A program made the position numbers and the translations under genes. A stretch of 59,419 bases of DNA, filler included, from Nitrospirota bacterium (lineage in GTDB: Bacteria; JACPQY01), in NCBI GenBank assembly GCA_016180645.1. It is 4 parts of 4 records of this genome, joined end to end, with 100 filler letters (N's around TTAATTAATTAA, not from the genome) between each part and the next. Parts side by side here need not be neighbours in the genome. Positions count along the whole stretch, not along the records: positions 24,083 to 36,631 come from JACPAV010000064.1; positions 36,732 to 59,419 come from JACPAV010000065.1; 2 more parts are not named here. The stretch is one strand, 5' to 3'. Below the pieces are notes generated by a model, which saw only the letters and a program-made list of their open reading frames with translations, had not been told where the DNA came from and made no database searches. Of this stretch, positions 29,689-39,296 are shown in pieces (position 1 is the first letter of the stretch; each line of letters opens with the position of its first letter).

Positions 29689-30641
29689 TATCTGGAAAGG
29701 CCAATCCGGCCCACCTCGATTTGGAATTGGCCGTGGCCACTCCCAAGCCGAAAGACCGTCCTCGCCGTTCCCGCAGATTCGCCTCGCCTCCCCCCAGCAT
29801 GAAAAGTTCGATCGGCGGTTTTGCGCGATATCTTCGTCGAACACCGCCCTGGCTTGAGGGGGCTCAATTCGTCGACCACATGCTTCAGTTCTGGCAACCC
29901 CGCCTCTGCCCTTCGATGCGAGAGGCTGGACGCGCCTACTTCGACGTCGCCCTCAGAATCCTTGGTCGGATCAAACATTGTCGGCCGATGTCGGCCGCGA
30001 CACATCGGGCGATCCTCACGATCCTGCCCGTGCCGGAAGCGTACTGGCTGGCTCGAACACTTGCCAACTCCTGCCGCGAGCAAGGGTTCTGGGAGGATGG
30101 CATGGAGGCGTTTCCCATCGTTCGGAAGAATATCGCGGACAAGGTGTACGACGATGAGAGGCGTCGGGACCTCATGCTCTTCGGGGAGTGCAAGGAGTGC
30201 CTGGCCCGGTCCGCGCCTTTGACGCTGGAGCATCCCAAGCGGCCTTTCTTCATTTGGTCCAGGCGTGTCGAGCCGCTCACGCTCGAGTATTCGAAGAACT
30301 ATGCCTTCACGGATTTCTATCCAAGGGAGCTCATCAGCGTCGTCTCCATGGTGGGGGATGAGATCATGAAGGGGTACATCGCAGGATACGAGGAGGCTCG
30401 TCTCCGCGACCCTGACCTGCTGGACACGGCCGTGTTCCGTCGGGATCTGGCTCACGCCATCCGGCACGTGGCTCAAGCAGCAGACAATCCCAACCATCTT
30501 GTCATCGAAAGCTGGGGGCCGAGCAAGATGTGGGAAAGCGGCTGGAGACCGGACTGGGCGCGCGATCCTATTTCACCCATCAGGAGCCAACGCCGGGCAA
30601 AGGTGGGAAGGAGGCGAGATGCCGTACGTGCTCTTCCGTGA
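29685..30641 (+). CDS. Hypothetical protein (Cys/His family, copy 3)
   Basis: Tandem duplicate of 28840; GTGA overlap start (alternative ATG at 29799). Confidence 0.85.
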   Translation: MISGKANPAHLDLELAVATPKPKDRPRRSRRFASPPPSMKSSIGGFARYLRRTPPWLEGAQFVDHMLQFWQPRLCPSMREAGRAYFDVALRILGRIKHCRPMSAATHRAILTILPVPEAYWLARTLANSCREQGFWEDGMEAFPIVRKNIADKVYDDERRRDLMLFGECKECLARSAPLTLEHPKRPFFIWSRRVEPLTLEYSKNYAFTDFYPRELISVVSMVGDEIMKGYIAGYEEARLRDPDLLDTAVFRRDLAHAIRHVAQAADNPNHLVIESWGPSKMWESGWRPDWARDPISPIRSQRRAKVGRRRDAVRALP

Positions 30642-31914
30642 CCATCTGCCCGAGATCGCCGAGCGTGAGACCCGGTCGATCACCGTCTTGCCCGAATCCA
30701 ATCTGGGCCTTCCGCCGGGGAACTATGGGTTCATCGAAATGTTCTGCGATGAGACGGGCTGCGACTGTCGGCGCGTTTTCTTCTACGTCGTCTGTTCGTT
30801 CCGCAAGGAGGTCCAGGCGGTTGTGGCGTGGGGTTGGGAAGACCCCGCGTTCTACGCGAAATGGATGAGGAGCGGTGATGCTCGTGATGTTGCAAACCTC
30901 AAGGGGCCTATTCTGAATCTGGGCAGCCCTGAAACGGAACTGGCCCCCGGCATCCTGGCGATAGTCGAGAACATTCTGCTGAGGGATGCCGCCTACGTCG
31001 ATCGCGTCAAGAGACATTATGCCCTGTTCAGGGACAAGGTTGATGGCTGTGTGCACGGCCGCCTCGGGGATGGACCGAGCGCGGAGGAGTTGGTCCCCAC
31101 AGCGAGTCCCTCCGGAAGGAAAGTCGGACGCAACGAGCCGTGCCCCTGTGGGAGTGGAAAGAAGTACAAGAAGTGCTGCTTGGGGAAGGAGGCGTCGGAG
31201 CCTGAGTTCGAGGGTCTCGACGACGCAATCGATTCCGTTGGAACGAACGCCGAGGATGCCGCCCACGTGAATCGCCCGAGAAGTCGCAGACCCCGCAGGC
31301 GGGTTCAGTTCGCGAGGGTATTCCAGTTCAAGATCACTCTCCACGGGACGAATCCTCCGATCTGGAGGCGCATCCTGGTCCCGGAGAACTACTCATTCTG
31401 GGACCTGCATGTGGCCATCCAGGACGCGATGGGGTGGAAGGACTATCACCTGCATGTCTTCCGGATGTGTCGTGCCGGAAAGGGGAAGGAAAAGCTGATC
31501 GGTATTCCGGATGAGGAGTGGCAGGAGGAGTTTCCCACCTTGCCGGGTTGGAAACAGGCCATCGCGGACTGGGTCACCCTGAATCATCCCACGGCTGAAT
31601 ATGAGTATGATTTCGGAGACAGCTGGGAGCATGAGGTGGCGCTGGAAGAGATTATTCCGCGCGATCCCGCCGTGGCCTACCCTTCTTGCACGGAGGGCGC
31701 GCTATTGGCCCCTCCGGAGGATGTCGGGGGCATCGGCGGCTACTACGATTTCCTCGAGGCCGTGCGGGATGTGAACCATCCCGAGCACGACGAATGGCTG
31801 ACGTGGGCCGGTGGCGCCTACGATCCCGATTCCTTCGATCCCCGGAAGGTGCATTTCGACGATCCCGATGAAAGATGGTCCATTGCCTTTGAAACCATGG
31901 GCGAGGAGATTTGA
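30619..31914 (+). CDS. SEC-C motif and plasmid pRiA4b ORF-3 family fusion protein
   Basis: EMFCDETGCDCRRVF, GRNEPCPCGSGKKYKKCC, PPIWRRI..LHVAIQDAMGW.DYHLH, YEYDFGDSW, PPEDVGG. Confidence 0.9.
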   Translation: MPYVLFRDHLPEIAERETRSITVLPESNLGLPPGNYGFIEMFCDETGCDCRRVFFYVVCSFRKEVQAVVAWGWEDPAFYAKWMRSGDARDVANLKGPILNLGSPETELAPGILAIVENILLRDAAYVDRVKRHYALFRDKVDGCVHGRLGDGPSAEELVPTASPSGRKVGRNEPCPCGSGKKYKKCCLGKEASEPEFEGLDDAIDSVGTNAEDAAHVNRPRSRRPRRRVQFARVFQFKITLHGTNPPIWRRILVPENYSFWDLHVAIQDAMGWKDYHLHVFRMCRAGKGKEKLIGIPDEEWQEEFPTLPGWKQAIADWVTLNHPTAEYEYDFGDSWEHEVALEEIIPRDPAVAYPSCTEGALLAPPEDVGGIGGYYDFLEAVRDVNHPEHDEWLTWAGGAYDPDSFDPRKVHFDDPDERWSIAFETMGEEI

Positions 31915-32135
31915 TGGCTCGTGTTGCCGAAGTGGGGCGCGGCTTGTGCTTCACGCCCCTTCGGGAGCGTATGATAACCCCGCGCTTATTATGAAATTCT
32001 TCACGAAAATGCGGAAAAGGCCCGGACGATTGCCCGGAAAGGAAAGCCCAAGCACCCCCGGCAGACAAATTGGATGTCCCCTTGTCCGGCTTCCGGCCCG
32101 GGAATGCATCGCCGAGTGAAATCTGAGCCGCCCCG

Positions 32136-33320
32136 TTGACCGGGCCAGCCGATTCCATGCGAGGGGATCCATCGAGGTCCGGTCGCAATAGACCCAGACT
32201 GCGCGTTCTGGCTCTTCGTGGTACGCCCAAGGAGACCATCCAGTGTCTTCTCTGCGGGCTCCGGATGAAGAACCTGGGGATTCATATTGTTCGGGTCCAT
32301 CGAATGAGGTCTGAAGACTACAAACGCCGGTTCGGGGTCGTTTACGTGGCAAGTCCGGCTGCTCGGAAAGCCGTGAGTCGGGCAATTACCCGATGGACCC
32401 CCGCCAGGATCATAGCGGAACTCCGGCGCCTCACGACATCGGCGCACGGCCCGCGCCAACTGCGGCCGCAACGCGTTGCGACGCACCGGCGACTTCAGAC
32501 ACGTTGCCGCTACCATTTCGGTTCGTATAAGGCAGCACTCCAGGCCGCCGGGCTCGACCTCCACGTGTCCAGCCGCCGCTTCAAATGGGACCGCGCGCGT
32601 CTGGTCGCTGAAATCAGATCGCGCCGACGGCAGGGACTTCCGCTCAACGCCAACGCAGTCCCCCACGGCATCAAGCGTGCGGCCGCGAGACACTTCGGAG
32701 GATATGGGGTGGCCATCGAAGCTGCCGGGATCCGGTATGCCACGATCAGAAAGACCAAGCCTTATGATCTGAAGCTCATCATCCGCGCAATTCGCAAGAG
32801 GTGGGCGTTGGGGAAACCCCTCAATCATAAGGTGGTCAAATTGGAGGACACATGGCTTGCCCAGGGCGCCCGGTTGCGGTTCGGAAGCTGGGACGGAGCC
32901 CTCCGGGCCGCCGGCTTCGATCCGAAGAAGATTCGGTTCCGGAAAAAGTGGTCCCCTGCGGAGGTGATCAGCCGGATCCGGTCCCGATCTCAATCTGGCC
33001 AACCGATGAACCTGAGGGCCGTATTTTTCGGTGATTCATCGCTCTACGCAGCCGCCTGCCGGTACTTCGGCACGTGGCAGAAGGCCGTGAATGAGGCGGC
33101 GTTGGATTATGAAGCTATCCGTCTGAGAAAAGTCTGGACCATGCAGGATGTCCTGGACAGCATCCGCAGGCAAGCGGCCCTTGGCATTCCGCCCCTCAAG
33201 GCGGCGATGGCAGAGCGGGAAAGTACACTCCCCAGCATCGCCCGAAGGTACTTCGGGACATGGAGGGCGGCTGTTGGCGCCGCAGGGCTGGATCCGGCCG
33301 GCCCGGCGGAGGCTGGATGA
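32136..33320 (+). CDS. Ros/MucR-like zinc finger plus five helical repeats, probable DNA-binding protein
   Basis: CLLCG..MKNLGIHI.RVH...DYKRRFG; five W...II..IR...A.R.FG.W..A..AAG repeats; start uncertain. Confidence 0.75.
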   Translation: MTGPADSMRGDPSRSGRNRPRLRVLALRGTPKETIQCLLCGLRMKNLGIHIVRVHRMRSEDYKRRFGVVYVASPAARKAVSRAITRWTPARIIAELRRLTTSAHGPRQLRPQRVATHRRLQTRCRYHFGSYKAALQAAGLDLHVSSRRFKWDRARLVAEIRSRRRQGLPLNANAVPHGIKRAAARHFGGYGVAIEAAGIRYATIRKTKPYDLKLIIRAIRKRWALGKPLNHKVVKLEDTWLAQGARLRFGSWDGALRAAGFDPKKIRFRKKWSPAEVISRIRSRSQSGQPMNLRAVFFGDSSLYAAACRYFGTWQKAVNEAALDYEAIRLRKVWTMQDVLDSIRRQAALGIPPLKAAMAERESTLPSIARRYFGTWRAAVGAAGLDPAGPAEAG

Positions 33321-33587
33321 TTACAGCCACAAGTAGGCCGGTAGGTCACCTCGATGTAATATTTTGGGTCGGTTGCACCAGAATGGTGCTCCGAGACGGG
33401 TTCGTGGGTAGTCTCGTCTCTGAGTTGATCCGAGGGCCTGTGGGAATCTGGACATGCGTAGCGGTGTGCAACGTCATGTGAAAACGATGAATTCAAAACC
33501 CTTGTTGTGCACTTTTGCAGAAATACGCGCCCAAGGCCAGTTTGTGATGGAGGAGGTTCCGGAGGATGAGTCGACGGGGGACAGGTC

Positions 33588-34067
33588 GTGACGGCCCCAG
33601 CCAGGGACAGTGCCGGTGTGCGAATCCCTCCTCCCCTCATCGTGGCGGTCGGGATCGGACTGGGCTTTTTCCTTGAGCGCCTGAAACCCTTTCAGATTCT
33701 TGCCTTGTTCGATCCGTTGCCCATGCGTATCGCGGGCGGGGCGCTGATTGCGTTGGGCGCATCGATCCTGCTCCTCACGGTGCGGCACTTCAAACTGGCC
33801 AGGACGGAGCTCAAGCCTTGGAGGCCGTCCGCCTCACTCATACGGAAAGGGCCACTGAGAGTTTCCCGGAACCCCATCTACCTCGCGTTTCTGCTTGTCC
33901 AGTTCGGCGCCGGGATCTTGACGCGAAACACGTGGGTCCTGCTTTTCTCCATTCCCGTGTATCTGGTGCTGCGATTCTATGTGATCGCTCGCGAGGAACG
34001 ATACCTTGAACGTGCTTTCGGAAAGGCGTACCTCGAATACAAGACCGGCGTACGCCGGTGGCTGTGA
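33588..34067 (+). CDS. Isoprenylcysteine carboxyl methyltransferase (ICMT/PEMT) family protein
   Basis: IPPP, GP...SRNPIYL, REERYLERAFG.AY.EY...VRRW. Confidence 0.9.
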   Translation: MTAPARDSAGVRIPPPLIVAVGIGLGFFLERLKPFQILALFDPLPMRIAGGALIALGASILLLTVRHFKLARTELKPWRPSASLIRKGPLRVSRNPIYLAFLLVQFGAGILTRNTWVLLFSIPVYLVLRFYVIAREERYLERAFGKAYLEYKTGVRRWL

Positions 34068-34229
34068 AGGATGGCGCGTTGAAGGGCGGGAACCACGGTC
34101 GAATCCTTGGCGACCCCCGAGATGCTGCGCCATCCCGCACATGGAAGGTTTTCGGGAAAACCTGCTCGGGGAAGCATCGCCTCGAAGCGAGGCGACACTC
34201 CGACTCCGTGAAAGCCTCGGTCGAGTAGC

Positions 34230-34832
34230 ATGATCAAGGGCCCGCTCCTTCAATCCACGCTCGCCGCCATCGGCGTCGGATACGTGCTGGGGTTTTTCGG
34301 CGAGGGGGTCCGGGACGTGCTCTCGCGCGTGTCCAAGTGGTGCATCTGGGGGGCGTGGGGGATGATCCTCCTGGCCGCCATTCTGTACAGGGGATTTGGG
34401 GTGGAGGGCGCGGCGGCTTGGGTGGGTATCGTGGGCGTGAGTTCGCTCGGTCTCGGCGCCTCGCTGACCTTTGCTGCGCTCCTTTCCCTCTTCACGGAAG
34501 TGGTGGTCGACAACATCAAGGAGGCGCGGCGTCCCGGAAAGAGTCGGCAGGAAAAGGCCGAGGACGCCGCGTTGATCGCGGGGCCGGAAGTAATCCGGGC
34601 TCAGCGGCGGCGGGATCTCGCGGCTTGGGCGCTGATGTTCGCCGGGGTCGGCGTGGCTGTCTTTCTTGTATTTGTTTTCGTGCCGTCCTTCGCCGAGGTC
34701 GTCATGGGTTGGATGCGCATGGAGAAACTGACCGAAGAGACGGGGATTGTCCATTCCGGGAACTACGCATGGATCGGGCTGGCGCTGGGCGCCTTCATGC
34801 TGGGCGCCGCCTACTGGCTGAGGCGCTTATAG
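34230..34832 (+). CDS. Hypothetical membrane protein
   Basis: About five hydrophobic segments. Confidence 0.65.
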   Translation: MIKGPLLQSTLAAIGVGYVLGFFGEGVRDVLSRVSKWCIWGAWGMILLAAILYRGFGVEGAAAWVGIVGVSSLGLGASLTFAALLSLFTEVVVDNIKEARRPGKSRQEKAEDAALIAGPEVIRAQRRRDLAAWALMFAGVGVAVFLVFVFVPSFAEVVMGWMRMEKLTEETGIVHSGNYAWIGLALGAFMLGAAYWLRRL

Positions 34833-35165
34833 GAGTCGTCCGTTGCGCGTGTCCCGTTGGCACGCCGATCCTGGAAATAGATGACAGCCAGAACCGCCAG
34901 ACCGATGCCCGCTCCGGTAAGGTAAAGCGTCATGTAGTAGGTACTAAGATCCACGTTCAGGCTCCTTTTTCAAGGTAAACGGCTACAGACACAAATATGG
35001 CCGTGACGAAGAGCCCGGCCATCATAACCTTGGCGTTTCCGAGTTGTGTAGCGACAAACGGCGCAACGACGGTACCCCCAAACGTCAGCTTGGCGCATCG
35101 TAGAAGAACTTCGCCAGACTCGTCCGCTGTGTCTTGTTCATTGCCATGACCAAAGTGTAGCACGA

Positions 35166-35231
35166 TTACGGAAGATTTGTGACGGGGACGGGGGTGGAGC
35201 GGTTGACGGTGGTCCGGTCGCCGAGTTGGCC
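35166..35231 (-). repeat. Orphan 66-bp variant copy of an RCC1 gene 3' end
   Basis: Encodes GQLGDRTTVNRSTPVPVTNLP*; the upstream gene ends GQLGDGTSTQRLTPVPVTNLP*. Confidence 0.88.
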
Positions 35232-35282
35232 GGCGGGGTCGAGAAGTATCAAGTCAAGACTTGACCCGTGCGCCTTTTCCGA

Positions 35283-36631
35283 TTACGGAAGATTTGTGAC
35301 GGGGACGGGGGTGAGGCGTTGGGTGCTCGTGCCGTCGCCCAGTTGGCCGTAGAGATTCCTCCCCCAGCATTTCACCGTCCCGTCGGAAAGAAGGGAACAG
35401 GTGTGATCGATGCCCCCCGCCACGGCCACACCGCCCGAAAGTGATGACACGGCGGTAGGCGTCAGGCGATCGGCGCTGGTTCCGTCCCCAAGCTGACCGT
35501 AGACATTGCGCCCCCAGCATTTCACCGTGCCGTCGGAGAGAAGGGAACAGGTGTGATTTAGGCCCCCTGCCACGGCCACACCGCCCGACAGGCTGCTCAC
35601 GGCCACGGGGGTCGATTTGTCCACCAGCCCCCCGTCCCCAAGCTGACCGAAGACATTGCGCCCCCAGCATTTCACCGTGCCGTCGGAGAGAAGGGAACAG
35701 CTGTGATCGGCGCCCACTGTGACCGCCACGCCGCCCGTGAGGGAGCTCACGGCCACGGGGGTCAATTTGTCCACCGTCGTCCCGTCCCCAAGCCGACCGC
35801 CGTAATTGTATCCCCAGCATTTGACCGTGCCGTCGGAAAGAAGGGAACAGGTGTGATTGCTGCCCCCCGTGACGGCCACGCCACCGGAGAGTGAAGACAC
35901 GGCGGTGGGCGTTGGGCGGTTGCCGGTGGTTCCGTCCCCAAGCTGACCTTGGGCATTGGCCCCCCAGCATTTGACCGTGCCGTCGGATAGAAGGGAACAG
36001 GTGTGATTGCTGCCCCCCGCGACGGCCACACCGCCCGACAGGCTGCTCACGGCCACGGGGGTCGATTTGTCCCCCCCCGTCCCGTCCCCAAGCTGACCGT
36101 AGAAATTGCGCCCCCAGCATTTCACCGTGCCGTCGGATAGAAGGGAACAGGTGTGCACGTTGCCCCCCGCCACAGCCACACCACCCGACAGGCTGCTCAC
36201 GGCCACGGGGGTCGATTTGTCCCCCCCCGTCCCGGCCCCAAGCTGGCCGTAGATATTGTACCCCCAGCATTTCACCGTGCCGTCCGAGACGAGTGCGCAG
36301 GTGTGATTGCCGAGGTGGTTGGTGATGCCTTCGCGGAAGGGGCGGGCGGGGGCGCCGGAGGCGGTGGATTCGTGGAGGCGGGGGAGTTTGACGGCCATCG
36401 GGCCGACTAGTGAGGACACGGCGGTGGGCGTTAGGCGGTCGGCGGTCGTCCCGTCCCCAAGCTGACCGTAGAGATTGCGTCCCCAGCATTTCACCGTGCC
36501 GTCGGAAAGAAGGGAACAGGTGTGATTTTGGGCCCCCGCCACGGCCACACCGCCCGAAAGTGATGACACGGCGGTAGGCGTCAGGCGATTGGCGGTGGTT
36601 CCGTCCCCAAGCTGACCGTAGAGATTGTCCC
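35283..36631 (-). CDS. RCC1/BLIP-II repeat protein (5' end cut by linker), paralog of 20517-23982
   Basis: At least 8 HTCSLLSDGTVKCWG.N..GQLGDG repeats and the same HESTASGAPARPFREG linker. Confidence 0.92.
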
Positions 36632-36731
36632 NNNNNNNNNNNNNNNNNNNNNNNNNNNNNNNNNNNNNNNNNNNNTTAATTAATTAANNNNNNNNNNNNN
36701 NNNNNNNNNNNNNNNNNNNNNNNNNNNNNNN
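36632..36731. other. Artificial contig linker
   Basis: N run around TTAATTAATTAA. Confidence 0.98.
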
Positions 36732-36848
36732 GGGTTCGGAAACCGTGGCATCGTTGACCCTTTGTTGGACGATATCAGCAGGATGCTCTCCGGTCTGATT
36801 CGCCACGTTGAGATGCGGAACGGGCGGGGAAGGGGCGGAGGGACATGA
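36732..36848 (+). CDS. C-terminal end of a probable four-helix-bundle (23S rRNA IVP-like) protein
   Basis: GFGNRGIVDPLLDDISRMLSGLIRH...*; its stop overlaps the next ATG. Confidence 0.6.
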   Translation, partial: GFGNRGIVDPLLDDISRMLSGLIRHVEMRNGRGRGGGT

Positions 36849-39292
36849 AGGCTGTCCGACTTGTCTTTCTCATCACCCTTCACTCATCACTCATCACGAT
36901 CTCGCCCGCCTGCCAGAAAACCGCGGCCAAGGAAGAGCCCCAAGCGCCCCGAGACACACAGGCGCCGACGCTCAGTATCACCGAGCCGAGCCTGCCGTAC
37001 GGCATGGAGGGGATCTCGCAGAGGGAGGGGGTCATCACCTTCTCCGGAATGGCGGAGGATGATCAAGGCGTGGTCCGCGTCAAATGGGAGAACCACCGTG
37101 GAGGGAAGGGATGGGCGCGGGTGATGAACATTCACGGTACCCAGACGAACTGGGAGGTGAAAGACATCCCCATCGAGCCGGGTGACAACAAGATCACCCT
37201 GACGGCGCAGGACGCGGCGGCGAACGCGGCGACAAAGACCATCTGGGTGGGGCGGACCACGGACGTGGATTTCATCAGCTACCCCGACGCGAGCGAGACC
37301 GACATCCACTTGAACGAGGCCACCGAGACGATCTTCCGAGTGGCGATCAAGGAAGCCCGGAAGGTGAAGATCGAGAGCGTCAAGCTCGTGAAGGTGAACG
37401 AGAACGGCGAAATTCTGGACACGCTCGGCCCGATGTACGACGACGGGAAGAGCGAGCACGGAGATGAAGTCCCCGCGGACGGCGTCTACAGCGCGAGAGT
37501 CACGCTCTTGGAAGGCACGGAGGGCATGGTCCGCTTCCGCGTGGTCGTTAACGGCGTCAAAGAAGGCACGGGCACTGTCTCGGCGTCCTCCGAACCGTTC
37601 GGCGCGCAGGTTTTCGTTCCACTGACCGACGAGGAACTAAAGGTATATCTGGCGATGGGACGGAAAGCCGGGGAAATGTACGCCCCGTTGGAAGCGGAGG
37701 TGGGAGGTAGGGAGGCGGCGCGTCGGACGGCTGAATGGCTCAAGAAACAACCTGGCGTGAAGGATGCGGGGTCATTCGAGGACGGCTACAGCTTCGTCAT
37801 GGATTCGGGTCTCCAGACGGTCTACATTAACCCGGATCGGTTTACCAAGCAGGACATTGATCCCGCCGACCTCGAGCCTCTGAGGGAAGAGCCACCGTCT
37901 GATTCAAACGCCCCGCCCGTTATGCCTTCGAGGCCGAAGAAGTTGGAACCACTGATCTACAAGACCCATCGGAGATCGGGGCCATCCCGGGCACAAATCA
38001 TCAATCCCAAGGTCCTGGTCGTGTCACCCTACTCCAATCAGTCCCCGAGGCTTCCGGCGGGGGCCTACGACCGCGTCCACCGGATGTTTGCGGACCACAA
38101 GTGTCCGGTTTACGAAGCGAAACGTGTGAAAGGGGCGTTACCCGACGTTGAAGTTTTCAAGACTCTGAAAGAGCATGACACCGTCATCCTGGATACTCAC
38201 GGGGAGGCCTTCTGTCCGACTGACGGATGGTATCAAGCCTGTCCCTCTGGGTCATCTAGGAAGCCAAGGGCATTCGTAGCGACTTACACGGGAACCCGTG
38301 TTACGGCATCCAACGTAAACCAGTACCGGGATGATCTGCGTAATGGGATGCTGTACCTGGCGCCGCTCGATCGAGAAGCGCTGAACATGCACTTCGTCCT
38401 CTCGCCCACCTTTGTCACAACCCACAATAGCAAATTTCGTTCTGGCACGATGGTGTTCAATGGGAGTTGCCGAAGCATGTACAACCCCACCATGGCGGGG
38501 GCTTTCCTCATGGCGGGCGCGTCGTACTACATGGGTTACAACGAGTACGTTCGCACGTGCTACGACAGCGCGGTCGTCAAGACCTTCTTCGAATCCTTGC
38601 TTGCCGGGTCTACGGCGGGTCAGGCGTTTACGGCCGCGACAACCGCCCACGGCTTCGACGACAACAATTGCTGGTTCTCCCCCCTCTTCTCGAAGCCGTT
38701 CCCCGCGGTTCTGACGCCGGCTGGCAATCCCGACCTCAAGATAACGATCGAGGGGGTCAACAACGGCTCATTCGAGCAAGGACCGGGAGCCCCGCCCCCC
38801 GGGTGGGATGCCAAGGGCGACGTGCAGATCATCACCAAGCTCGGCCCGATCACGGCGAAAGAAGGCCTCTACATGGCCTACCTCAGCACCGGGGAAAATG
38901 CTGAGGAGCAACCCCGCAGCATGCTCGAACAACCCTTCTGCGTGCCTCCGGATGCGAAGAAAGTCTCCTTCGACTACCGCCTCGTCTCCGAAGAGCCCGA
39001 CGAATTCCTGAACTCGGGCTATCGAGACACCTTCGAGGCGGCGCTCGTCGTGGGAAGCGCGCGGACGGTCCTGGTTTCGGAGCACACGGATCAGGCGCCT
39101 TGGAATCCCGTTTCCGGGATCGACCTTGAAGGCGGCGACCGCACGGCTTTTGCCACCGACTGGCGGCGAGTGAGCGGGGACCTTTCCGAAACCGCCCGCG
39201 CCGAGGGCGCGACCCTTGCCTTCCGCCTCCAAGACAACGGCGATCTCGTCTACGACACCGCCGCCCTCCTCGAAAACGTGCATCTGGAATAG
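36845..39292 (+). CDS. Modular lipoprotein copy 1 (Ig-like, DDG-GD-ADG anchor-like domain, putative clan-CD protease-like domain, C-terminal beta-sandwich)
   Basis: SPAC lipobox; MYDDGKSEHGDEVPADGVYS; LDTHG...NGSCRS; NNGSFEQG...LENVHLE. Confidence 0.85.
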   Translation: MKAVRLVFLITLHSSLITISPACQKTAAKEEPQAPRDTQAPTLSITEPSLPYGMEGISQREGVITFSGMAEDDQGVVRVKWENHRGGKGWARVMNIHGTQTNWEVKDIPIEPGDNKITLTAQDAAANAATKTIWVGRTTDVDFISYPDASETDIHLNEATETIFRVAIKEARKVKIESVKLVKVNENGEILDTLGPMYDDGKSEHGDEVPADGVYSARVTLLEGTEGMVRFRVVVNGVKEGTGTVSASSEPFGAQVFVPLTDEELKVYLAMGRKAGEMYAPLEAEVGGREAARRTAEWLKKQPGVKDAGSFEDGYSFVMDSGLQTVYINPDRFTKQDIDPADLEPLREEPPSDSNAPPVMPSRPKKLEPLIYKTHRRSGPSRAQIINPKVLVVSPYSNQSPRLPAGAYDRVHRMFADHKCPVYEAKRVKGALPDVEVFKTLKEHDTVILDTHGEAFCPTDGWYQACPSGSSRKPRAFVATYTGTRVTASNVNQYRDDLRNGMLYLAPLDREALNMHFVLSPTFVTTHNSKFRSGTMVFNGSCRSMYNPTMAGAFLMAGASYYMGYNEYVRTCYDSAVVKTFFESLLAGSTAGQAFTAATTAHGFDDNNCWFSPLFSKPFPAVLTPAGNPDLKITIEGVNNGSFEQGPGAPPPGWDAKGDVQIITKLGPITAKEGLYMAYLSTGENAEEQPRSMLEQPFCVPPDAKKVSFDYRLVSEEPDEFLNSGYRDTFEAALVVGSARTVLVSEHTDQAPWNPVSGIDLEGGDRTAFATDWRRVSGDLSETARAEGATLAFRLQDNGDLVYDTAALLENVHLE

Positions 39293-39296
39293 CTCG

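Noticed and set aside
20278-35350. RCC1 orphan tails as DGR template/variable repeats
   Set aside because: Differences from the gene ends are not adenine-specific (e.g. CTG/CTC, GGC/CGG, CTC/TCC), the tails are only 66 bp, and no reverse transcriptase is in the window. NNC codons in RCC1 loops are explained by GC3 bias.
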